Source of the DNA: a virus | Taxonomy: Duplodnaviria > Caudoviricetes | Length of the DNA stretch: 64,000 nt | Direction: 5' to 3' (one strand) | IMG/VR virus record: IMGVR_UViG_2775506876_000001 | Location: 12,549-76,548 of that record | Shown here: piece by piece, positions 1 to 9,706 of the stretch | How the letters are laid out: each line of letters opens with the position of its first letter | How positions within the stretch are numbered: the first letter of the stretch is position 1 | Notes under the pieces: generated by a model | The model's input: the letters and a program-made list of their open reading frames with translations, nothing else | The model's database searches: none | What the model was told of the DNA's origin: nothing | Translations under genes and position numbers: made by a program

Positions 1-22
1 TCAAAAACAACGAGTAAAAAAA

Positions 23-313
23 ATGAACGTTTGTAAAGCTATTCAATGTCCTTATTTTAACGCTAAAACTAATAATTACGGATGTCAAAGATATCAAGTT
101 TCAAACCATTGTCATTTGATTAAAGACTTTCAATTTTTAGCACCAACACAGTATGTTTTAGTTTGTCAAGAAACGACAGAATTAGATAAAATTAAATCGG
201 TCAACAAAGAATATTTTTTAACTGATGAAAAATATCAGGATGATAAAAAGTTTTTAGAAACTCATTCTGGTTGGTTTAACGCTCATAGCTTTAAAGTTGG
301 AAATCTGATTTAA
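23..313 (+). CDS. Hypothetical protein, Cys-rich N-terminus
   Basis: 96-aa ORF followed by a hairpin terminator. Confidence 0.55.
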   Translation: MNVCKAIQCPYFNAKTNNYGCQRYQVSNHCHLIKDFQFLAPTQYVLVCQETTELDKIKSVNKEYFLTDEKYQDDKKFLETHSGWFNAHSFKVGNLI

Positions 314-340
314 CCAATTTCTAAAACTTGAATAACTGTT

Positions 341-372
341 ATCCCTGGTCAAAAACAACCAGGGATTTTTTA
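341..372 (+). terminator. Rho-independent terminator
   Basis: ATCCCTGG-loop-CCAGGGAT followed by a T run. Confidence 0.7.
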
Positions 373-411
373 TTGTTACAGATCAAGCTGCAAAACTAGT
401 CTATATTACCC

Positions 412-495
412 TTGACAAATTTAAACTTTTATGCTATAGCAAATAAATTCTATATTTTTAAAATTGAAAAGTGACTTTTTGAATTGCCAGACAAA
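412..495 (+). promoter_or_regulatory. Repeated sigma70-type promoter cassette, copy 1
   Basis: TTGACA-17bp-TATAGC, then the 15-bp palindrome; near-identical copies at 17516-17584 (-), 19385-19454 and 51999-52083. Confidence 0.75.
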
Positions 496-579
496 TAAAA
501 AAACCCTAGATTTAAAGTCTAGGGTAATGTTGTCCATTACTTAGCTACCAAATTTTAAAACCAGTTAGCGATTGCTAGA

Positions 580-1407
580 TTACGGCAACAAACTAGATTG
601 ACCACGTAACACTTTGTAGTTGGTTTCGTTAGGGTCATAAGCTGTGAAAGTTATGTTGTACGCTCTTTGGTTTTGAATAGAGAAAGATAGGTTTAATTTA
701 CCTTCAACACCTGCATAAGGGAAGATGTACCAGAGTGTTGGATCTGTTGAAGGATCACCACCGACATAAGGTCTAATTACTACAGTACGATATGGAAGTT
801 CAAGAGATCCGGTTGTTAATCCAGAGTCATCACCCATTGTAATCAACTCTGGTAAACCACCAGCTAAACCAGCACTACCCTGGTAAGCAGCAGCGTTTGT
901 GGCAACTCGCATCAAGTCAATTCGATCGTCTGCAATTGATACTTGAGCGTTAGCTGTCATACCAACTTTGGTTTTGTTGAATGGAGCCATAGAAGCTTGA
1001 GTTAGGTTATCCTGATACATTTCTTCTATGTTCACCGTTGCAGCTTCTAACTGGTCAGAAGCTTTAATGACAACGTTCAATGGTGTAAAGGTTAGTGTGA
1101 CACTTGCACCAGTTGCAGTTGCATTAGCGCTCAAAGTGATGCTGGTACTAGAACCTTTAGCAGCAACATAAGTACCTGCGGGAATACCAGTACCAGAAAC
1201 CGCCATACCTACTTGAACGTTTTGAAAACCGTTGGCGGTACTTGTAGTTACTGCTGTACTTCCTGAAGTTGTAGAACAAGCAGCAACTGTAAAATCTGCT
1301 GTATTTTGATAAGTTGTTACCAGGGTTGTAGCTAACCCTTTAAGTTCAGTAAGTGTTAAGGCTGGTGTGATAATTGTAAATTCGGCTGGCCCACGAAGTT
1401 TAGCCAT
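580..1407 (-). CDS. Major tail tube protein with an inserted small beta domain
   Basis: Lies after tail terminator-like gene; C-terminus 'LNLSFSIQNQRAYNITFTAY' typical of siphophage tubes; insert 'NVQVGMAVSGTGIPAGT'. Confidence 0.7.
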   Translation of the reverse strand: MAKLRGPAEFTIITPALTLTELKGLATTLVTTYQNTADFTVAACSTTSGSTAVTTSTANGFQNVQVGMAVSGTGIPAGTYVAAKGSSTSITLSANATATGASVTLTFTPLNVVIKASDQLEAATVNIEEMYQDNLTQASMAPFNKTKVGMTANAQVSIADDRIDLMRVATNAAAYQGSAGLAGGLPELITMGDDSGLTTGSLELPYRTVVIRPYVGGDPSTDPTLWYIFPYAGVEGKLNLSFSIQNQRAYNITFTAYDPNETNYKVLRGQSSLLP

Positions 1408-1428
1408 TAATTTTAAATCCTCTTAATA

Positions 1429-1812
1429 TTAATAGAATCTGTAAACGAAATAACCACAGTAACTCATAACTTCTTGTACATAACCTAAATAAAAATCCTT
1501 GATTTTGTTGAAATTTGTAGATGTTCTAAAAGTGTTCATCAATGTTTCAACACGTTCAAGGATTCCATTGGGTTTTGTAAGTTGAAGTTCTTTTTGTGTG
1601 TAAATAGTTATTTGTATCTCTGGGTTTTTTATTTCATTTGAAATATATCTACCAGATGCATTATCACGAATAATACTCACAACTATTTTAGGTAGATTAA
1701 AGTTGCTTAAATTCCCTGATGGATGTTCAGGTAATATCTCTGCAATACCGTTTAAGTTTGCAGTCAAATAATCAAAAATTTCTTTTCTTATTTGGAAACC
1801 TGAAGTCATCAA
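1429..1812 (-). CDS. Putative tail terminator / completion protein
   Basis: Size, synteny and 'EIQITIYT' strand. Confidence 0.55.
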   Translation of the reverse strand: MMTSGFQIRKEIFDYLTANLNGIAEILPEHPSGNLSNFNLPKIVVSIIRDNASGRYISNEIKNPEIQITIYTQKELQLTKPNGILERVETLMNTFRTSTNFNKIKDFYLGYVQEVMSYCGYFVYRFY

Positions 1813-1893
1813 AGTTATCAGAGAATATAATACTTTCTAACCTAAAAGTATTATATCATAAGTAAAATTAATGTAATAAGTAAAACTTATAAT

Positions 1894-2223
1894 TTATTGA
1901 AATTCTGATAAAATTTCTGAACGTATTTGTGGTACTGAAGATCTGACAAAACCTGTTTTAGCTTCGACATAAACAGCGTAATTTACAGCCCGTTTAATGT
2001 TCTGTTCGCGTTTGATACCGTAAAGAGTTTTACCACCTAAACGGATTTTACAGCAGACATTGTTACCCTGGATAACAGGTTTTTCAGCTTCAATACTTTC
2101 AAAAAGTCGCTGAGTGTCTACAGGTGTAACATTCCTGATAATTTCAACAGAACGACCAGAACCTCTGTGGATTTTTTCAGCAACTTGTTGTTTAATTTTT
2201 TCAATCTGACTTTGAATGTTCAT
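1894..2223 (-). CDS. HK97 gp10-like tail completion protein
   Basis: 'TPVDTQRLFESI' and 'NYAVYVE' motifs. Confidence 0.7.
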   Translation of the reverse strand: MNIQSQIEKIKQQVAEKIHRGSGRSVEIIRNVTPVDTQRLFESIEAEKPVIQGNNVCCKIRLGGKTLYGIKREQNIKRAVNYAVYVEAKTGFVRSSVPQIRSEILSEFQ

Positions 2224-2576
2224 GACCAGTCATTAGGACTATAAGATTTTTTAGGAATCATAGAACCTTTAAAAGTTTGCCCAAAGATTTTTTCTAATTC
2301 TTTAAATCTGGTTCTATGAACGTTTTGGAAAATAAAATCACCTTGAACATTGTTATCGATAGTGATGATTGTTTTAGTACCGTTTTGAATTTCACTAGGT
2401 AACAGCCAATATTCAACCTGATTAGAATTGACTACATTACCAACAAAAAAGTTTCTTTCATTTTCAATACCTGTAGCTTCAAAAGTTCTAGTATTTTGAT
2501 CAAGTTTTATAGATACTTCTATAATCAATTGATTGATTTGAATTACTGCGTTAGTTTCGTAAAATGTTCTAGGCAT
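2220..2576 (-). CDS. Putative head closure / head-tail joining protein
   Basis: Synteny and 118-aa size; 4-bp overlap with next gene. Confidence 0.4.
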   Translation of the reverse strand: MPRTFYETNAVIQINQLIIEVSIKLDQNTRTFEATGIENERNFFVGNVVNSNQVEYWLLPSEIQNGTKTIITIDNNVQGDFIFQNVHRTRFKELEKIFGQTFKGSMIPKKSYSPNDWS

Positions 2577-2600
2577 AAATAATAAATTAATAAAATATTT

Positions 2601-4028
2601 TTAAGTACCCATCAAATTTTTAACACCCTTGTTAACTTGAGTAAATGCAAGTGATAGAGCATCACCAGTATCACTGATTAACGGAACACCTGGAACACCT
2701 TCAAATTGATTAATAACTTTTAGAAAATCATCTGACCAGGGTTCATTTACTATGTAAAATTTACCTTTTTCAGCAGCTTCTGCACAGGGTAACGCTCTAA
2801 TAGCCTTAGAACCTTCAGGTTTTACACCACGTACCCGATAAGCTTTTAACAATGGTTTAAAACTGTTCTCTAGCCATAGAATGCTTTGTGAACCACCTTC
2901 AAGTTCTATAAATACTGGTACTGATTTAGGTTGTTTTTCAACAGTTGAAATTACGTAATTCTGAGTTGAATGTGCATCTTTCTTGCATGGATACCAATTT
3001 AAAATGTAAAAATTTTCTTTATATTTCCCGATTAATACACCAACCGTGTAGCAACTAGTATCTTTGTCAGTTGCGGCAAAGTCCCAAGCTATTACTTGAT
3101 AATCAAAATATTTTGGTAAATCGTTCTGAGAAATTTTCTTAAACCATGAAGCTTTGAAAATACTGTTGGCATTTGAAACTGCTGGGATAGTGTCTAATTC
3201 TTCTGATGCTCCATCACCATACTGCTCATAAATTTCTGATACCCATTTATTTTCATTTTCTTTAGTCCAGGGTTGTCCACTTGTTAAACAAATACGTTGA
3301 TACAAACCCTGGTTAACAGCATCTTTAAAAGTGTTTTTCTGCTTATAATATTTTTCTTCACCTTTGTTTACAGCTTCGCAAAGTTCATTAAAAGGATTAT
3401 CAATACCATTATGAGTTGATACTATAAAAACCTTACAACCCCAAATGAGCATTGATTTTACAGCTTTCAAAAACTCTAAAGGATTTGTGAGGAACGAAAA
3501 TTCATCGCATAGAACATTTCCTTGTAAACCTCTGATAGAACTAGGTTTACTAGATAATGCCATCACTTTTTTATTAGACTTAAAATTAATTCTTAAACTT
3601 AAAATAGAGTCTTTTTCTGACTCGTATAAATCTTCTTTGATTTCACTAGCAGCTAATTGAAAATGTTTAACCCAATAGCTACAACTTTCTAAAAACTCTT
3701 TAGCCATTGACAAGCTAGTGCCAATATAATAAAAATTTTTACCGTTTTGTTTAGCAGCCGTTAAAACAGCATAAGCAGCTAACGCCCAGGTTGCCCCGAT
3801 TCTTCTAGATTTTTCCCAAATTAATATTTTATTTTCTGGATTTTCGGCAGCTTTGTAAAATTGTTGTTGATAGGGAAAAAGTATCGGTGGTAATTCACGG
3901 AATAATTTATTATCTTCGGGTAAACAATCGGAAACTTCCCTAGATATTTTATCGATGTTATCCAGGGAAGTTTTATTGATATTCAGAACCGTTTTAGGTT
4001 TGATTTTTGTTTCTAAGATAATTTTCAT
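2601..4028 (-). CDS. terL: Terminase large subunit (Mu gp28-like ATPase plus RNase H-like nuclease)
   Basis: 'WEKSRRIGATW' Walker A, 'VLCDEF' Walker B, 'AWDFA' and 'DTGDALSLA' nuclease acidic residues. Confidence 0.93.
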   Translation of the reverse strand: MKIILETKIKPKTVLNINKTSLDNIDKISREVSDCLPEDNKLFRELPPILFPYQQQFYKAAENPENKILIWEKSRRIGATWALAAYAVLTAAKQNGKNFYYIGTSLSMAKEFLESCSYWVKHFQLAASEIKEDLYESEKDSILSLRINFKSNKKVMALSSKPSSIRGLQGNVLCDEFSFLTNPLEFLKAVKSMLIWGCKVFIVSTHNGIDNPFNELCEAVNKGEEKYYKQKNTFKDAVNQGLYQRICLTSGQPWTKENENKWVSEIYEQYGDGASEELDTIPAVSNANSIFKASWFKKISQNDLPKYFDYQVIAWDFAATDKDTSCYTVGVLIGKYKENFYILNWYPCKKDAHSTQNYVISTVEKQPKSVPVFIELEGGSQSILWLENSFKPLLKAYRVRGVKPEGSKAIRALPCAEAAEKGKFYIVNEPWSDDFLKVINQFEGVPGVPLISDTGDALSLAFTQVNKGVKNLMGT

Positions 4029-4031
4029 TAT

Positions 4032-4430
4032 TTAGGCATTATCAATTCCTAATAATTTACTTTTTATTTCAAAGATCGCTTCAGCGCTCAAACCACCACT
4101 AGCTTTCTCGGATTCTTTTTCGTTAACAACTGCCGGATTAATTACGATATATCCTGCTCTAGTTAACTTCTCTATAGCAGCTTGATCAGTCATAGAATTA
4201 GCAACAAGTTGTAGAACCCAATTAGGTGTTGGATTTAATGTAGTTTGCTTATCAATATTGGTGCTTCTAGTAACTTCTACAGGAATTTCATGACCATCTT
4301 CATCGTATAAAGATTTTACAGATTTTTTCTGGCTGGTTTTAACAGTTTGGGTAGTTTCACCTTGTTCTAGTAGCGTTTTAACTCTGTCTAAAAATAATTC
4401 TTCAATCTCTGGTGTAATTTTGATAAACAT
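4032..4430 (-). CDS. Putative terminase small subunit
   Basis: Directly upstream of terL; C-terminal 'GGLSAEAIFEIKSKLLG' resembles Mu-like small-subunit tails. Confidence 0.5.
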   Translation of the reverse strand: MFIKITPEIEELFLDRVKTLLEQGETTQTVKTSQKKSVKSLYDEDGHEIPVEVTRSTNIDKQTTLNPTPNWVLQLVANSMTDQAAIEKLTRAGYIVINPAVVNEKESEKASGGLSAEAIFEIKSKLLGIDNA

Positions 4431-4485
4431 AATATCTTAAATTCACTAGTATAATATAAATAACTATAACTTAATATTATAATTC

Positions 4486-4839
4486 ATGTTCAATAATCTA
4501 TCGACAGCATTAGAAACTGTTAAAAGATATCTTCAAATTGATGATTTAGATAGTACCGAAGATATTTTCTTAACAACATTACTCGAAAATAGCACCGGAA
4601 CTAATCGAGAAACTAACCAAAAAGAATATAGACCTTTTTATGTTTGTGCCAAATTTAGAAAATTTAAACCAGCTAATAATGGTGTTATTGAAATGTCAGG
4701 TACTGATACTGTTAAATTTCAAGATCCTGAGTTAGTTATCCAGGGTTTTATCGAAATGCAACAAGAGCTAGATAAAGCCTTGATTAATATTAAAACTAAT
4801 ATTGATACTAGCCATAGATTCAGCGTTTTTGTTGTCTAG
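4486..4839 (+). CDS. Putative head-tail connector (adaptor) protein
   Basis: 'LETVKRYLQIDDLDSTEDIFLTTLL' resembles gp6/gp15-like adaptor N-termini. Confidence 0.55.
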   Translation: MFNNLSTALETVKRYLQIDDLDSTEDIFLTTLLENSTGTNRETNQKEYRPFYVCAKFRKFKPANNGVIEMSGTDTVKFQDPELVIQGFIEMQQELDKALINIKTNIDTSHRFSVFVV

Positions 4840-4877
4840 AGTAAAAAGTGACTTTTTAGAATTTAAATTTTACAAAT

Positions 4878-6323
4878 ATGGTTTTAACTTTAAAAAATGA
4901 TTCCAGATATCTTTTATCAATGTTCAGTAGCCTATATGCTGAAAAACTTAACAGCAATACTACTGTTGATGTAAATATCTCTAGTCCTAGTTTATCCAGG
5001 CAAGAGCTTAATAATTTATCTAGGACAAACGGGATAATTAAACGTGCTATTTACGAATATCCTAAATCAGCATCAAATTCTTGGATAGATTTAAATTTCA
5101 GCAAAGAAACTAATCTAAAAAACCAGGATGTTTTAGATTATTTAATGCGTATTCCATACTATACAAATCTCCAAAAAGCTGTTCATGGTTATGGTGCTAG
5201 AAATGCTTTTAAGTATGCCTCTGGACTAGCGCGTAAACTTGGCAGCGCTTTTATAGTTCTTGGGATAGCTGATGGCAACGATTTATCAGAACCTGTTAAT
5301 TTAAACAATATTCAGTCAATAGACTGGATGTTTGTTTATGATTGCTATGACTTAACTAGAACAGTCATTAATGATCAAGAATTTTTTCAATTATCAAATG
5401 ATGCTAATCAGTTAATACATCCTAATAGAGTTCTAAACTTTTATGGTAATAAGTTAGACACTGAAATCGAGTATGTAAACTCAAATTACAGACATGATTC
5501 AGTAATTAATTTGATGTTTGAAGCTTTCAGCAACTGGGTTACAGGTTCTAAAGCAATCTATGAAATGCTTTTGACTGGTAATATGTACACTTTTGGCATC
5601 GAAGATTTATCAGAGGATGTTAAACGTGATATTGACCAGGGTACAACCGAATATCAAGATTACATGCGATCGCGTGCTGAATCTGTAAAAACTGGGATGT
5701 CTGCAACTAACTTGTTGATTTATGACAAGATGCATGAATTAGTTGAAAATATATCTAGAAATTTTTCAGGAACCAAAGAAAGCTTTGAAGCGTTGCAAGA
5801 TACTCTGGCTTCTGTTGTTGATATGCCACGCTGGAAACTTTACAACGAATTTGGTACGGCAGGGTTAGCAGCGTCTGTTGAATCAGCGAGAATTTTACAA
5901 TTTAATTGGGCTATTTCAGTACAAGATTGGCAGATAGAAAACTGGCTAGAACCTGTTTACAAGTTATGTCAGTTTTGCATGTCTGCTAAAAATTTATATG
6001 GTTCAATTGTTGATAACTTTGGTGAAAACTCAATAATATTTCCAATTCAATTGAAGCTTACAAAGCTTGAAGAAATTGAATTGGAAAACTTGGCTATGGA
6101 TAGAAACCAAAAGTTACTTTTAATGGGTGCTATCAGTCCTGATGAAGTCCGAAAACAGTATGAAAACTCAGTTTTTAATCCTAATATTACCCTGGATAAC
6201 AATCTATACAAAGCATATCAGAACAAAAAAGAACAAGAACAGAAAATGATTTTAAACCAAAACAATTTAAATAATAAAGATAATTCAGGAAATAACAAAA
6301 ATGATAAAAACTCTAGTAAATAA
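4878..6323 (+). CDS. Portal protein (DUF1073-like)
   Basis: 481 aa; 'IHPNRVL', 'DMPRWKLY', 'GAISPDEVR' motifs; upstream of DUF2213-like gene. Confidence 0.85.
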   Translation: MVLTLKNDSRYLLSMFSSLYAEKLNSNTTVDVNISSPSLSRQELNNLSRTNGIIKRAIYEYPKSASNSWIDLNFSKETNLKNQDVLDYLMRIPYYTNLQKAVHGYGARNAFKYASGLARKLGSAFIVLGIADGNDLSEPVNLNNIQSIDWMFVYDCYDLTRTVINDQEFFQLSNDANQLIHPNRVLNFYGNKLDTEIEYVNSNYRHDSVINLMFEAFSNWVTGSKAIYEMLLTGNMYTFGIEDLSEDVKRDIDQGTTEYQDYMRSRAESVKTGMSATNLLIYDKMHELVENISRNFSGTKESFEALQDTLASVVDMPRWKLYNEFGTAGLAASVESARILQFNWAISVQDWQIENWLEPVYKLCQFCMSAKNLYGSIVDNFGENSIIFPIQLKLTKLEEIELENLAMDRNQKLLLMGAISPDEVRKQYENSVFNPNITLDNNLYKAYQNKKEQEQKMILNQNNLNNKDNSGNNKNDKNSSK

Positions 6324-6492
6324 AGTTGTAACTTTACCAGCCTATGAAGTCTGTTTACAAATCGAAAGTTACAATAAAGAAACTGATTGTTATTTACTTC
6401 ACGACTTTCATTATCGCTACAAAACATTGACGATATCTAGACATTATTTAATATCTTTGCTTGATTCTGGATTATCTAAAATATTGACTTAA
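6301..6492 (+). CDS. Small hypothetical protein
   Basis: 63-aa ORF overlapping the portal stop. Confidence 0.35.
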   Translation: MIKTLVNKVVTLPAYEVCLQIESYNKETDCYLLHDFHYRYKTLTISRHYLISLLDSGLSKILT

Positions 6493-6585
6493 AATTATTT
6501 TCTTGACATATTGTAAAAAATATAATATATGCTATAGTATTATAAGTTAAACTAATACTATAGCAAATCTGTATTAAGTTAAATA

Positions 6586-7809
6586 ATGAAGCTTTTCAGG
6601 ATAGATTCAAATAACAAAAAACTGGAATGGCAAAAACTTGATAATGGTTCGTACAAAGCCTATGTGACACTAGGTATTGCAGATTTACCATTAGAGTACC
6701 AAGACATTTCTGGTAACAAGTATATTGAAACTATTACTGAAAATGAATTATTTAACGATGATAGTTTGCTAACTGCTCACGGTTTACCAATAACTTTTAA
6801 CCATCCTAAATTTGGCATATATAACCAAAACGCCGAAAATATTTTAGTTGGTTCTACCCTGGAAACTTATTTAAGACAAGACAAAGCTTTATTGATGCCA
6901 GCAATTATTACTGATAAAAGAGCGATCGCTCTAATCGATAATGTGTTGGAAAACAATCAAAATATCTTTGTTGAATTAAGTCCAGGGTATTGGTTAAAGG
7001 ATAAACAGTTTAACAAAGATTCAAATGTTTGGGAGCAAATTAACCGAACTTACGATCATTTAGCTTTGTTGAACCCTGGTGAAGGTAGAGGCGGTCAAAA
7101 AATTATTTTAAGAACAGATTCAAATATTTCTTTGTGTACCAGTCTAGTTACTGAAAACACTATTGAAAGTTACGAATCTGATTATGGTATCCAAACTATT
7201 GAAACGGAAATTGCAACAATGACAACTCGGAAGATCTCTTATCAAGAAAAAGATTATGAAGTTCCAGTACTTCAGCAAGATGGAAAAGATTACGTAGCTT
7301 TTTCAGAAGTTCAAGCACTGTTAACAGATTCAAATCTAAGGATTGATTCTAAACAGAAAAATTTGAAATCTGAAATCGATTCAGCTAACGGTAAACTAGC
7401 AGCTTTACAAATTCAATTAGATTCTAAAGCTGAAATGATCACTTTAGATCAAGCATCTGGAATCATTTCTGAATCAATCGAACTTTGGCAAAAAGTCGAA
7501 CCAATTTTTAAAGCTGATTCTAAAGATTTCAAACCTGATTACAGTCTAAATCCTACACAAATCAAAGAACTTTATATCAAAAAGTTCCATCCCTCTATTA
7601 ATTTAGATAATCAATCAGCCGTATTTGTTGATGGTGTTTGGTCTGGCATTAGTCCAGGGATTGTAAATCAAGTTAAAGATAATGCTTCTAACAAAGTTCA
7701 AGCACAACTTGACTCTTTGAAATCTGCTAACACTGTCCAAACAGATTCGGCCGATGATGAAATTGAAAAAGCTTATAGAGAACTAGAATCGCGCGTAAGT
7801 TCTAAATAG
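6586..7809 (+). CDS. Prohead protease / scaffold (DUF2213-like)
   Basis: 'PITFNHP', 'ELSPGY', 'YDHLALL..GRGG' motifs; coiled-coil C-terminal half. Confidence 0.85.
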   Translation: MKLFRIDSNNKKLEWQKLDNGSYKAYVTLGIADLPLEYQDISGNKYIETITENELFNDDSLLTAHGLPITFNHPKFGIYNQNAENILVGSTLETYLRQDKALLMPAIITDKRAIALIDNVLENNQNIFVELSPGYWLKDKQFNKDSNVWEQINRTYDHLALLNPGEGRGGQKIILRTDSNISLCTSLVTENTIESYESDYGIQTIETEIATMTTRKISYQEKDYEVPVLQQDGKDYVAFSEVQALLTDSNLRIDSKQKNLKSEIDSANGKLAALQIQLDSKAEMITLDQASGIISESIELWQKVEPIFKADSKDFKPDYSLNPTQIKELYIKKFHPSINLDNQSAVFVDGVWSGISPGIVNQVKDNASNKVQAQLDSLKSANTVQTDSADDEIEKAYRELESRVSSK

Positions 7810-7854
7810 TTTCAAAAATAAAAAGTCACTTTTCAAAATTCAAGGTAAACAGAA

Positions 7855-8364
7855 ATGCCAATCGGACAAACTAGCGTAAAGTATACGCAAGATTTTGCAT
7901 TATTTGAAGGACAGGTACTCTCTAACCCTGGTGTAAATGTTGTTAGAGAACGTTATAACCTTTCTGGTGCTGTTATTCCTTTCGGTCGTGCTGTAGTTGT
8001 CGGTGGTACTAAAAATGCTGTAATTCTTCCTAATACTACAGGATTAACACCAGTTGGTTTAACAATCATCAATCAATATCATTCAAGTCCCGATCTTGGT
8101 GATAATACATCAATTATTGGATATCCTGATAAATCCCTGGTTAGTATTGTTACTCGTGGTGGTGTAGATGTTGTAGTTTATTCTGCAACCGCTACAGATA
8201 TTGATGATCCTGTGTTTTTTAGACATGCTAACGGAACGGGTTTAGCTGGTTTTGGTACATTCAGAAACTCTACAGCAACCGATTATACAGCTTGGACTGC
8301 TGCAAGATTTGTTAAAAAAACCAGTGGTGCTGGTTTAAGTGTTATCAATATCGGTGGTTTCTAA
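7855..8364 (+). CDS. Capsid decoration / cement protein
   Basis: 'IPFGRAVV' motif; between protease and capsid genes. Confidence 0.75.
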   Translation: MPIGQTSVKYTQDFALFEGQVLSNPGVNVVRERYNLSGAVIPFGRAVVVGGTKNAVILPNTTGLTPVGLTIINQYHSSPDLGDNTSIIGYPDKSLVSIVTRGGVDVVVYSATATDIDDPVFFRHANGTGLAGFGTFRNSTATDYTAWTAARFVKKTSGAGLSVINIGGF

Positions 8365-8423
8365 AATTCTAGAAACCTTTTAGTATTTTGCAAACCATAA
8401 TCAGATAATCAGAACAAAATAAT

Positions 8424-9383
8424 ATGGATGGAATTATACAAGCTGGGCACTATTTAAGACAGCAATTAAGAGAAGTTACACCGGACATTATTAGAACCCA
8501 ATACCCTGAGTTATGGGGTTATGAAGGTAAACATCATACTGTACAGATGAATTTACCATTCGGTTTACGCGAAATTTGGCAATCTAGAATCGATCATTCT
8601 GGTGTTGCTGTAAATTTTGGTGGTAAAGCTACCGATATTCCTTTAGCAAATTTTGGTATCGGTGCTGATAAATACAAAACAGTTATCGGTGTTTTAGGTG
8701 CTGAATGGGATTGGATGGAATTACAATCTCAAGAACAAGCCATGAAAGCCAATTTACCTACAGTAGATTGTGTAACCGAATATCGAGCAGCACTTGAGAA
8801 AGGTTTACGTGAATGGGTACATTTAAAAACCCTTTTTGGTGACACAACCATAGGGTTTAATGGTTTGTTTAATCACGCTGAAATTGAAGTTATTGATACA
8901 ACAACAAACCTTAATACAGCAACATCCAGGGATTTACAGAACTTCTTTAGAGGTATTATTAAAGACTTCAAAAAGAATTCTAGATTAACTGCAAGTCCTA
9001 CAAAGATTCTAGGATCTATCGACTTAATTTATGCTTTGAATGCACCATTTACCGATGCGGCTGGTGCTGTAACTGCTAAAGGTTCAGCTAGAGAAGCGTT
9101 ATTAACTAGTGGTGATATTGCAAGTATTGATGAAGTTAATGAACTTTCCAATAGTTACTTATCTCAATTTGGTGTAACTGCTGCTAGCACAACTAAAGAC
9201 GCTTTCATACTTTATGAACCATCAGCCGAAACATTGTATAAGCGTCAATCTAGAATTCTAACAACTCCGGTTGGTCTTAAAGATGATCAGATGACTTATA
9301 GAACTACCGGACTTGTAGCAGTTTCAGAAGTCATTATCAAACGTCCATATCGAGTTAAAATTTACACTTATCCTAAATTCTAA
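8424..9383 (+). CDS. Major capsid protein (DUF2184-like, HK97 fold)
   Basis: 'ATDIPL', 'LFGD..GFNGLFNH', 'VIIKRP' motifs; synteny. Confidence 0.87.
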   Translation: MDGIIQAGHYLRQQLREVTPDIIRTQYPELWGYEGKHHTVQMNLPFGLREIWQSRIDHSGVAVNFGGKATDIPLANFGIGADKYKTVIGVLGAEWDWMELQSQEQAMKANLPTVDCVTEYRAALEKGLREWVHLKTLFGDTTIGFNGLFNHAEIEVIDTTTNLNTATSRDLQNFFRGIIKDFKKNSRLTASPTKILGSIDLIYALNAPFTDAAGAVTAKGSAREALLTSGDIASIDEVNELSNSYLSQFGVTAASTTKDAFILYEPSAETLYKRQSRILTTPVGLKDDQMTYRTTGLVAVSEVIIKRPYRVKIYTYPKF

Positions 9384-9384
9384 T

Positions 9385-9633
9385 ATGGCAACAGTAACTT
9401 ATTATCCTGAAAGAGAAAATAGAAAAGCTGCTAGAACTTTTCTATTTGATGTCAACAAAGTGACTTTAAACCCTGGTGAAAATGAAGTTAATGATAACTT
9501 AATCAGTAAGTTCAAACAACTTGAAACGGTTCAAGAACTTGTCGAAGATGAAGTTATTAAAATTACTGAAATTGTTGTTAATAACTCAGTTTTAAAAAGA
9601 CCACCAGTTGTTGATGACGAAGACGAAGAATAG
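9385..9633 (+). CDS. Small head-associated protein
   Basis: Directly after capsid gene; 'VTLNPGENEV'. Confidence 0.5.
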   Translation: MATVTYYPERENRKAARTFLFDVNKVTLNPGENEVNDNLISKFKQLETVQELVEDEVIKITEIVVNNSVLKRPPVVDDEDEE

Positions 9634-9657
9634 CTGATAATTTCGAGATTCTTTGTA

Positions 9658-9684
9658 AAATCCCTGGTAATAATCAGGGATTTA
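9658..9684 (+). terminator. Terminator after head operon
   Basis: AAATCCCTG...CAGGGATTT hairpin. Confidence 0.6.
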
Positions 9685-9706
9685 AACTTTAAATATATTT
9701 TTGATT

